In this document: piece after piece, positions 45,737 through 54,052 of the stretch
How the letters are laid out: each line of letters starts with the position of its first letter
Numbering within the stretch: position 1 is the first letter of the stretch
Assembly (NCBI GenBank): GCA_900771805.1
Contig: CAAGPL010000067.1
Coordinates: 4,003-68,002, forward strand
DNA from: Bacilli bacterium
Lineage (GTDB): Bacteria; Bacillota_I; Bacilli_A; RF39; UBA660
DNA length: 64,000 nt
Direction of reading: 5' to 3'
Notes under the pieces: model-generated
Seen by the model: the letters and a program-made list of their open reading frames with translations, nothing else
Told to the model about the DNA's origin: nothing
Database searches by the model: none
Made by a program: the position numbers and the translations under genes

Positions 45737-46558
45737 TCAAATTTCAACTGTTTCCATAGATTTAAGGTAATTAATAACATTATTAATAACTTCTTCTACA
45801 GAAATATCAAGCCAATTATTTCTTGCATCTCTTAATCTTTGCTTAAAAATGTTATTATTTAGAGTAGAGCTAAGATTTTTGATTATATCACTAGTATTAT
45901 TTTCTCTCATTGTTGCATCTTTAATTATTAATGTATCAATTATATTTAGCAATTCATCTTTATTTATATCAGTATTGTTTATTAAGTAATAAATATCAAA
46001 TATATCTTTATATCTTGTTGTTCTGATACCAAACCTTAATAATGACTTTAGTTTTTCACAAATAATTTGCTCTTTTGAATTGATAACGAGTATGGCACTT
46101 TCATTAATTGCATCTAGGTTAAAACAATATTCATCTTGTTTAATATCAAAGTTCTTATGAACACCTATATCTAGTTTAGCAGATACACTAAAATTATTTT
46201 CATCTCTTAAAATAACATTAATTCTTTTTCCTTTATAATCTTGATGATGTAATTCTTGTATATCTCCATCTATATAAACTTTAATACCATCGTCTACTAA
46301 ATTTAATGTATATATAAATGATTTAATAGATACATCAGCAAGTGAATATTTTATAAAATCTAGATCTAAATCTCTTGTTGCACGTCTTTTATCGTTGGAT
46401 AAACCATACATAACAACTCCGCCTTTAATTGTTACATTTTTATTCATCTTACTTTTAGATATTTTATTTAGAATAATATCTTGGAATATTTTTGCAGATG
46501 CATTAGCAAGCGAAAATCCATTATCAAGATATTTTCTTCTTAATTCTTCTAAGTTCAT
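45737..46558 (-). CDS. AbiEii/AbiGii-family nucleotidyltransferase toxin (DUF1814)
   Basis: VTIKGGVVMYGL...RRATRDLDLDF fits the KGG...R.T.DLDF signature. The 273-aa ORF has its ATG overlapping the upstream stop codon (TAATG). Confidence 0.75.
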   Translation of the reverse strand: MNLEELRRKYLDNGFSLANASAKIFQDIILNKISKSKMNKNVTIKGGVVMYGLSNDKRRATRDLDLDFIKYSLADVSIKSFIYTLNLVDDGIKVYIDGDIQELHHQDYKGKRINVILRDENNFSVSAKLDIGVHKNFDIKQDEYCFNLDAINESAILVINSKEQIICEKLKSLLRFGIRTTRYKDIFDIYYLINNTDINKDELLNIIDTLIIKDATMRENNTSDIIKNLSSTLNNNIFKQRLRDARNNWLDISVEEVINNVINYLKSMETVEI

Positions 46559-47100
46559 TAAAATACCTCGCGCATTAAAGTATCATATAAAGATAATTCA
46601 TTTTTATAATAAGATATATATTCTTGTATTTTATAAATATCAAGTTTATCGGCTTTCTTTCTATAATTTGTTATTATTTCTTTATAGTAGTCAAATGGTA
46701 TTATATTCTTCTTTCTAATTAATTCTACTAACAACCTTTCTTCATCATAGATATTAATTTTGATGTTTTCAATTTCAATTTGTGTTTTACCAAATTCAAA
46801 TAAGTCATTTGGTATAAATACTTGTCTAATATTTTTATTGTTAATTCTACTATCTGATCTTTTAGTTGCTAAATAAAAATAATCAGGTATAACATCAGTT
46901 AAATCATAATAGTAATAAGCACTATCAGAAGTGAATATTGCATTAGGATATTTTTTTACTATAATTTCTAATGGATTTACAAATTCTATATCTGAATATA
47001 ATCCATTATCTACCTTGAATAATTCTTTATTTTCAATTGATTTATTAAGTTGATAAGTAGAGTATTTTGTTTTATCTAATTCATTTCTAAAATATAACAT
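46558..47100 (-). CDS. AbiEi-family antitoxin / transcriptional regulator
   Basis: The N-terminal wHTH-like segment ends FKVDNGLYSD, followed by KKYPNAIFTSDSAYYYYDLTDVIP, which is typical of AbiEi. It is translationally coupled to the toxin. The start could be 47100 or 47115. Confidence 0.65.
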   Translation of the reverse strand: MLYFRNELDKTKYSTYQLNKSIENKELFKVDNGLYSDIEFVNPLEIIVKKYPNAIFTSDSAYYYYDLTDVIPDYFYLATKRSDSRINNKNIRQVFIPNDLFEFGKTQIEIENIKINIYDEERLLVELIRKKNIIPFDYYKEIITNYRKKADKLDIYKIQEYISYYKNELSLYDTLMREVF

Positions 47101-47236
47101 TTTATCACCCAACATAAGTTTAACAAAATTATTCACAAAATTCAATAAGTTGTGTATGTTTTTGTTAAAAAAATACAAATTAATTATATAACTTGTATTT
47201 TCTCTTAAATTTTTTCAATATTTACTTTACTTCATC

Positions 47237-48325
47237 TTACTTTTCTGACTTTTTATTTTTACTTTTTTTAATAACATTTGGAATAGTTATATGTAATTTT
47301 GCTTTATCAGTAATTATATTAGTTGTTAAAATAACCCACGTAATTAATATAGTTAAGATAACATATATAATTATTCCGTATTTTTGATCTTTTAAAACAT
47401 AAAATATAGATGCTAATGAAAATAAAATATTAACAGCATATATGATCAAAACGGTTGTTCTTTGAGAAAACTTTTTATTTAAAAGTTGATGATGTAGATG
47501 TTGTTTATCTGCTATATAAATTGGTTTTTTATTAACTATTCTTCTTATTATCGCAAATAAAGTATCAAGTATTGGTATAGCAAGTATAAGAAGTGGAACA
47601 ACAAGGGATGTTAATGTTACTGCTTTGAAACCAAGTAAGCAAACAACTGATATCATAAATCCTAAAAACATAGAACCTGTTTCACCCATAAATATTTTAG
47701 CGGGATTAAAATTAAATATTAAAAATCCTAAACATGCACCTAGCATTATAAAAGTAATTGTAATTTCAAGACTTCCTATATTATGCATTATAAATGCTAT
47801 TATACCTATTGTTGCAAAAAATATAGTTGAAATTCCACAAGCAAGTCCATCTAATCCATCTATTAAATTTATACAATTCATTAAAGCTATTATAAATATA
47901 ATTGTAAGTGGATACGAAAATATACCAAAATCAAAATATAAACCAAAAAATGTAATATCATTTAATAATATATTTCCATAAAAAGTTACTATAACAGCAG
48001 CAATTACTTGTCCTATTAATTTTTCTTTAGCTTTTAAAGGTTTTATATCATCAATCATTCCTGTTAATATAACTATAAAACCAGCCATTAAAACAGATAA
48101 CATTTGTGTATTTTGTGGAGCAAAAAACATATAACCAAATATAAAGCCTAAAAACATCATAAGTCCACCTAATAATGGCATTGGTTTTTTATGAACCTTT
48201 CTTTCATTAGGGTAATCTAATGCACCTATATGATTTGCAATCCATTTTACTATTGGGAAAAAAAGTGCAGTTACGCCCATTACTGATATAACTATTTTTA
48301 ACACAGCAATTATTTTATCATTCAT
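47237..48325 (-). CDS. Polyprenyl-phosphate N-acetylhexosamine-1-phosphate transferase (MraY/WecA/TagO family)
   Basis: It has about 10-11 TM helices plus the motifs MAGFIVILTGMIDDIKPL, NLIDGLDGLA and KIFMGETGSMFLGF. Confidence 0.85.
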   Translation of the reverse strand: MNDKIIAVLKIVISVMGVTALFFPIVKWIANHIGALDYPNERKVHKKPMPLLGGLMMFLGFIFGYMFFAPQNTQMLSVLMAGFIVILTGMIDDIKPLKAKEKLIGQVIAAVIVTFYGNILLNDITFFGLYFDFGIFSYPLTIIFIIALMNCINLIDGLDGLACGISTIFFATIGIIAFIMHNIGSLEITITFIMLGACLGFLIFNFNPAKIFMGETGSMFLGFMISVVCLLGFKAVTLTSLVVPLLILAIPILDTLFAIIRRIVNKKPIYIADKQHLHHQLLNKKFSQRTTVLIIYAVNILFSLASIFYVLKDQKYGIIIYVILTILITWVILTTNIITDKAKLHITIPNVIKKSKNKKSEK

Positions 48326-48377
48326 TACTTATCACCACTCTATAATAATTTTAACATATTTTTTTAAAAAACAACCA

Positions 48378-49286
48378 TTATTTGGTTGCTTTTTTACTAA
48401 ATCCTAATTTTCTTTTAATTATATATTGAGGTCTATTAAGAGTATTATTATATATTCTTAATATATATAAAGATAATATAGATATAAAAAGAAGTATTAA
48501 ACCTATCATAAATAATATTGTTCTAAAAGATAAATTACCAAGTAAAATAAAATTCAAAAAACATACTAAAAATGCTATAAATGAAATTAAGCTAACTACT
48601 TTTATTATTTTTGAAGAAAATGATAATATTCCTCCTAAAGAATATTTAAGTAGTTTAATAATAGACCATTTAGAAGTTCCATAAGCCCTTTTTTCTGGTT
48701 TATATGGCATATAAATAGTATTAAATCCTATATATCCAAATATACCCTTTAAAAATCTATCTTGTTCTTTTAAACTAATTATTGCATCTTTAACTTCACT
48801 TTTAAATACTCTAAAATCACTAGCTCCTGGAAGTAATTTAACATCTGAAATAGTGTTATTAATACGATAAAACATAGAAGTTAAACTTCTTTTTAGTCTT
48901 TTTTCTTCCATTCTATCTTCTCTATATGCAGCAACACAATCATAATCTTTGTTATCTAATAATTTTTTATACATTGTAACTAAAACTTCAGGTTTTTGTT
49001 GCATATCTGCATCTATAATAGAAACATATTTTAAAGAAGCATTTAAAAGACCTGCTTGCATTGCAGATTCTTTTCCAAAATTCCTAGAAAAACTAATTAC
49101 TTTAACATCTTTATCTTTTAATGATATTTTTTCTAATATACTAAATGTATCATCTTCTGAACCATCATCAACAAATATCAGTTCATAAGTTATTTTTTCT
49201 TTAGTAAACACATCTTTTATATTTTGATAAAATTCCTCTAATGTTCCTTGCTCATTATAACAAGGAACTATAACTGATAATTCCAT
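48378..49286 (-). CDS. GT2 polyprenyl-phosphate glycosyltransferase (GtrB/CsbB/DPM1-like) with two C-terminal TM helices
   Basis: The motifs are SVIVPCYNE, FVDDGSEDDT and IIDADMQ. Confidence 0.85.
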   Translation of the reverse strand: MELSVIVPCYNEQGTLEEFYQNIKDVFTKEKITYELIFVDDGSEDDTFSILEKISLKDKDVKVISFSRNFGKESAMQAGLLNASLKYVSIIDADMQQKPEVLVTMYKKLLDNKDYDCVAAYREDRMEEKRLKRSLTSMFYRINNTISDVKLLPGASDFRVFKSEVKDAIISLKEQDRFLKGIFGYIGFNTIYMPYKPEKRAYGTSKWSIIKLLKYSLGGILSFSSKIIKVVSLISFIAFLVCFLNFILLGNLSFRTILFMIGLILLFISILSLYILRIYNNTLNRPQYIIKRKLGFSKKATK

Positions 49287-49294
49287 AATAATTC

Positions 49295-50422
49295 CTACTT
49301 TCTTTTATTTATTAATTTACTCCATTTTTCTAAAATATTTTCACCACTATATTCTTTTACTTTTTCTTTAGCTTTGTAGCCAAGTCTTTTTCTTAATTTT
49401 TCATCTTCAATTAATAGTTTTATCTTATCTATCATTTCTTCTTCATTTCTATCTTTTATTAAAAAGCCATTTATACCATCATCTATTATTTCATTAGCTC
49501 CTTGAGCAGATGTATAAGAAATACAAGGAATTTTATAACTCATAGCTTCTATTAATACAAGACCAAAACTCTCAGTTAGAGATGTCATAACATATATTGA
49601 ACTATCTAACAAAAGATTATTTATGTATTCTTTATTTTGATAACCATGAAAAATTACTTTATCTCCTAATTTTAATTCTTTAGTTAAAGATAGTAAAGTA
49701 TCTTTCATATCTCCATCTCCAACTATATTTAATTTCCAATCAGGATAACTATTATTTACTGATTTAAAAATTTTAAGTAAATCATCAAAACCCTTTTCTT
49801 TTGAAAGTCTTCCTACTGCAATTATATTTTTAGAATCTAATTTTGATGATTTAGTTGGCATTTCATCTAAACAATTAGGAATATAAATTACTTTATCTCC
49901 TAAATAGTTCTTATAAAAATTTGTAAGTTCATTAGAAACTAATACTAAATTATTTAATCCCTTACATGAAGATACTAATTTTTTTATATATTTATTGTTA
50001 TTGTTATGATGATTATGTTCCCATGCTATCTTTCTTATATTTTTAGGAGCAAACTTTGATACTAACATATTATGAACTGTACGTGTAGAAATTATGACAT
50101 CGGAATCTAATTTTCTTAATTCTAAAGCAGTTTTTACATATTTAATAAAACCAGTTTTTATACTATGAGAAATACCTTTAAAAAACATATTAAAATTTTT
50201 CTTTTCTAAATAAAATTTCATTTCTTTTTTATTTGGTTTTATATTAGATATATACTTTACATTTACCCTTTCGTCCAATTCAAATACAGGTTCATTATAT
50301 AATCTATATACAGATAAAATTTCAACATCATATTTAGTACATAAAAGATTTGCAAGTGTTACAACTGCATTTTCAATTCCACCATATCCCAAATGAAGGG
50401 ATAAAATAGTTACCTTTTTCAT
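49295..50422 (-). CDS. Glycosyltransferase family 4 (GT-B)
   Basis: It has the N-terminal GYGGIENAV motif and the C-terminal TSLTESFGLVLIEAMSYKIPCI motif (E-x7-E). Confidence 0.8.
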   Translation of the reverse strand: MKKVTILSLHLGYGGIENAVVTLANLLCTKYDVEILSVYRLYNEPVFELDERVNVKYISNIKPNKKEMKFYLEKKNFNMFFKGISHSIKTGFIKYVKTALELRKLDSDVIISTRTVHNMLVSKFAPKNIRKIAWEHNHHNNNNKYIKKLVSSCKGLNNLVLVSNELTNFYKNYLGDKVIYIPNCLDEMPTKSSKLDSKNIIAVGRLSKEKGFDDLLKIFKSVNNSYPDWKLNIVGDGDMKDTLLSLTKELKLGDKVIFHGYQNKEYINNLLLDSSIYVMTSLTESFGLVLIEAMSYKIPCISYTSAQGANEIIDDGINGFLIKDRNEEEMIDKIKLLIEDEKLRKRLGYKAKEKVKEYSGENILEKWSKLINKRK

Positions 50423-50512
50423 ATCATCACCAATTTAATTATACTAAAGTTATTTAAAAACGTCAAAAAAATATAAATAAAATAGTAAAGTAAAAAACAC
50501 CTATTGGTGTTT

Positions 50513-50992
50513 TTATATATTATCTATGTAATTTTTAATACTCATTTTAAATTTTTCTGCATTTGATTCATACTTATTTGGTTTAAATTTTTTAATATTA
50601 TCTAATGCTAAACTTAATTTTTTATTAGCATATAACGCAACTACATAACCTTTCATTTCAAATTCCTTTGTTATTTGAAGTTGATGATCATTAGTATGTT
50701 CTCCATATTTCTTTAATCTTGGAACAACTATTACTTTTTTATTTTTCTCTAAACATTCAGTAATTGTTCCAACTCCTGCATGGGTAATTATAATTCTTGC
50801 TTTATCAATTAATTTTTCTATTTCCTCTTTAGTTGTAAAATCAAACGTTTTTATTTTATTATGTGAAAAATTAGTACATCCTGTTTGTGCTACTACCTTT
50901 TCTTTTATATTTCCATTATCTATTTCTTTTGCAACCATTTTAAGTAATCTTAAAAAAGGTTTATCTTGAGTTCCTAATAATACTAATATCAT
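50513..50992 (-). CDS. PssE/Cps14G (Alg13-like) glycosyltransferase catalytic subunit
   Basis: It carries LLGTQDKPF, IITHAGVGTI and HQLQI motifs. The start was set at the ATG overlapping the upstream stop codon (TAATG). Confidence 0.75.
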   Translation of the reverse strand: MILVLLGTQDKPFLRLLKMVAKEIDNGNIKEKVVAQTGCTNFSHNKIKTFDFTTKEEIEKLIDKARIIITHAGVGTITECLEKNKKVIVVPRLKKYGEHTNDHQLQITKEFEMKGYVVALYANKKLSLALDNIKKFKPNKYESNAEKFKMSIKNYIDNI

Positions 50993-51462
50993 TAAAATAT
51001 CCACCCTTCATATTTAGCTTTTGGATATAATTTTAACATTGAATGCCACTGAACAACAAAAACATCTGAAATAGGATAAATTAATCTACCTGTTAATGTC
51101 TTTGTTTCTATATTTGCAAATGATTCAATATATATAACTTTTTTTCTAAATAATTTAGCAATATAGCACATTGCAACACATGTGTGTGCACCAGTTGTAA
51201 CAACAACATCAGGTTTAAATTTTAAAAATAACATTAAGCTTTTAATTATATTTAATGGGATAATAAATATATATTTTAACATATGATCTTTATTACCAGT
51301 AAATAGATAATCTATTTTACTTTTATATCTAGACTTAAGCCAAGTAGTTGATTTATGTTTTTCTGTTACAAGTTTATAATCATAGTCTTTAAAAATACTT
51401 TTAAGTTGCATAAGTTCTGTTAAATGCCCACCCATGCTTGATATAAACATAACTTTTTTCAT
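50992..51462 (-). CDS. PssD/Cps14F (Alg14-like) glycosyltransferase membrane-anchor subunit
   Basis: It carries SSMGGHLTEL and PDVVVTTGAH motifs and is paired with the Alg13-like gene. Confidence 0.75.
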   Translation of the reverse strand: MKKVMFISSMGGHLTELMQLKSIFKDYDYKLVTEKHKSTTWLKSRYKSKIDYLFTGNKDHMLKYIFIIPLNIIKSLMLFLKFKPDVVVTTGAHTCVAMCYIAKLFRKKVIYIESFANIETKTLTGRLIYPISDVFVVQWHSMLKLYPKAKYEGWIF

Positions 51463-51517
51463 GTTATCACCATTTTAATTATACCAAATATAAGGGCAAT
51501 TGTATATAAATTTTAAT

Positions 51518-52453
51518 TTATATGTTAGTTAAGACATTATTAGATACCCTATATGTTGTAATAAATATATTAGGATCACTTACGTATTCTAATGCTAACT
51601 TACCATTTTTTCGTGTTATTATAATGCCTATTGTTTCATTATGAAAACTTCTTTTTAAGAACTTATCGGTTAACATCATGTACACTTTCGTTTGTGCTAT
51701 ATCTCCCATCTTTATTTCACCAAGTTTAAGTTCACACACTATGTATCTATTTAGTTCTGTATTAAACAGTAGTAAATCTACGTAATAATTTTTATTATCA
51801 TATGATAGTTTGTATTCACTTCCTACGAATGTAAAACCAGTACCTAACTCTAAAAAGAAATGTTCTAATTCTTTTAATATGTATTTTTTTAAAACCTTTT
51901 CACTTATTTTTTCATTGTCATCTATATTTATTAATATTGGGTCATGTATCATATCTTTTATATCCAAACTAGTTTCTTTGTCTGTTATTAGTTTTATGTG
52001 TTTCTTATTTGCATAAGATAGTCTATCAAATGATTTTGTTTTTATCTCATTTATTAATCCTCTTACTGATAAATTATTTTGAATGCATCTATTTATGTAA
52101 TAATTACGTTCGTTTTCATTATCAAACTTAAGTAAATACTTATAATGCGACCATGATAAATTAGATTGGCTACACAGTGTGTAGCTTTTTCTAAACATAA
52201 TATAGAATTTTCTCATGTTTTTAAGATTAGCAATCTTATATCCATTTCCGTATTCTTTAGTTAATTTTTCTGACCACTTCTTTATTAACCCGTCGCCATA
52301 TTTAGCTTTTTCTTCGCCACCTTGTGCTTTAATTAAAAGCCTTCCTATTTCGTAGTAAGTTTTAATGGTTTCTTTATTACTTTCTAAGTATCTAACCTTA
52401 TCATTTACTTCTTTTTCTTCTATTAAATTTTTTATTTCTTTATAATAGTTCAT
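51518..52453 (-). CDS. DUF1016 / YhcG-family PD-(D/E)XK nuclease-domain protein
   Basis: The N-terminal region is YYEIGRLLI...YGDGLIKKWSEKLTKEYG. The C-terminal region FTFVGSEYKL...YYVDLLLFNTELNRYIVCELKLGE gives the D...E-x-K core. The start was set at MNYYKE. Confidence 0.7.
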   Translation of the reverse strand: MNYYKEIKNLIEEKEVNDKVRYLESNKETIKTYYEIGRLLIKAQGGEEKAKYGDGLIKKWSEKLTKEYGNGYKIANLKNMRKFYIMFRKSYTLCSQSNLSWSHYKYLLKFDNENERNYYINRCIQNNLSVRGLINEIKTKSFDRLSYANKKHIKLITDKETSLDIKDMIHDPILINIDDNEKISEKVLKKYILKELEHFFLELGTGFTFVGSEYKLSYDNKNYYVDLLLFNTELNRYIVCELKLGEIKMGDIAQTKVYMMLTDKFLKRSFHNETIGIIITRKNGKLALEYVSDPNIFITTYRVSNNVLTNI

Positions 52454-52509
52454 AAAACTTTCCTTTCTTAAGTCACCTATTATATGAATTATTATTAAAA
52501 AAATTGTCA

Positions 52510-52536
52510 AAAAAAGATACACATCACGTGTATCTC
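52510..52536 (-). terminator. Intrinsic terminator after the cadherin-like surface-protein gene
   Basis: The hairpin GATACAC-atcac-GTGTATC is followed by a T run on the minus strand. Confidence 0.5.
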
Positions 52537-52541
52537 AATTA

Positions 52542-54041
52542 TTAATCATCATCTTCTAGAGAAACTCTTCGAAATGATGGTTTAGTTTTTTCTAATCTTT
52601 TTTTAACCTCTTCTTTTTCTTTTAATTTCTCTTTTCTAGATTTTCTAGGAATGTTAAATTTATCGTCTTCTATTTGTTTAATAACAGGTTTTTCATCTAC
52701 ATCATCTATATCATAAGATTTTGTATCATTTATATAATCCTCTGATATGTTTTTATTTATTTTATTTTTTAATTTACTTATCTTTTTTTCATATTTAATA
52801 ATTTTTTTATCTTTTGATTTTAAAAGTGTTAATATCTTAGTTACTATAATTAAACCTAATAGTGATAATAATCCTATTATTATATATTCTCTAATTGTTA
52901 TTTCCTTATCTTTATTATCAATTAAATCACTAAAATATGACTCAAAAATATTATTTTCTTTATCATATAAATATATATCTTTTTTTCCAGTTGATAAATC
53001 TTTAGCATAAATCAAATAATAATTATTGTTAAAATTTGTTTTATATGCTGTTACATTATTGCCATTTAAATTTATTGTTGTTTTTTTAAATCCTCTTGAA
53101 ATATTTGGAATCTCATCTAATATCATTAAATTAAGTCCAGAGCTTTTAGCTTCATTAAATGGTACATATTTGTTATTATTATAACTAAATAATTTTTCTT
53201 TTCCATTAGTATCTTTTAAAACCACTAAAGTTATTTTTGCAACATCACTATAATAACTATCTACATTTTGATTATTAATATTAATTTTATTTTGAACAAA
53301 ACCAGTAGGTATATTTTCTAATTTAGGCTTTCTTACAACGGTATATTTTTTATTAGCATAAGTTACATTAATTGGATCAGCTTCCTTAACAGTTGCATTT
53401 ATTTTATAAGTTTTTTCATTACCATTTTCTGCTGTTACAGTTATATTTATTTCGTTTGTTCCATCACTTACCTTAACTTCTCCAATTCCTTTTAAAGTTG
53501 CTTTAGAATCTTCAGTCTCTGCATTTATCTTAATTAACTCAGTATCAACATTTAAAGTAACATTATATTCTAATGTGTTTTTATTAAATATAGGTTCTAA
53601 ATCATAACCATCTATATTTAAACTTTTTAAATAATTATTTGAACTATATTTTTTATTAATATCCACTGATGGTTTTTTATTACCTGATGATGTTATAGTT
53701 TGTTTATCTTTTACGGTGATATATAAAATTCTTTTTCCTGTAAAAGTATTACCATTTTCATCTGATACGTCTTTTGCATCAACTGTAATACTAGCATTTC
53801 CTACTTGATTTGCACTAAAAGTTAGAGTTGTCATATTATTTTCAAGCCAAACACTTTTAGAACCTGTTATAGCACCCTGTGCAGAAATATCAAATCTTCC
53901 TATTAATCCCGATGCTTCTATTTTAACAGATACATTAGAACCTACTGTTACACTAGTTTGTCCTGTTATACTAAATGCATTTACTTTTATTGTAAAAACA
54001 AATAATAGTAAAAACATAAATAATAAATGTTTTATTTTCAT
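52542..54041 (-). CDS. Membrane-anchored surface protein with Ig-like and cadherin-like beta-sandwich domains
   Basis: It has a signal peptide. NYLKSLNIDGYDLEPIFNKNTLEYNV...TAENGNEKTYKINA matches the cadherin-like beta-sandwich pattern. There is a C-terminal TM helix plus a charged tail. Confidence 0.6.
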   Translation of the reverse strand: MKIKHLLFMFLLLFVFTIKVNAFSITGQTSVTVGSNVSVKIEASGLIGRFDISAQGAITGSKSVWLENNMTTLTFSANQVGNASITVDAKDVSDENGNTFTGKRILYITVKDKQTITSSGNKKPSVDINKKYSSNNYLKSLNIDGYDLEPIFNKNTLEYNVTLNVDTELIKINAETEDSKATLKGIGEVKVSDGTNEINITVTAENGNEKTYKINATVKEADPINVTYANKKYTVVRKPKLENIPTGFVQNKININNQNVDSYYSDVAKITLVVLKDTNGKEKLFSYNNNKYVPFNEAKSSGLNLMILDEIPNISRGFKKTTINLNGNNVTAYKTNFNNNYYLIYAKDLSTGKKDIYLYDKENNIFESYFSDLIDNKDKEITIREYIIIGLLSLLGLIIVTKILTLLKSKDKKIIKYEKKISKLKNKINKNISEDYINDTKSYDIDDVDEKPVIKQIEDDKFNIPRKSRKEKLKEKEEVKKRLEKTKPSFRRVSLEDDD

Positions 54042-54052
54042 AATATTACCTC

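Noticed and set aside
52542-54041. Calling the N-terminal domain of the 499-aa surface protein a cohesin
   Set aside because: The domain is only about 90 aa and I can match only a loose beta-strand pattern. I kept it as a hypothesis in the findings, not as a feature.
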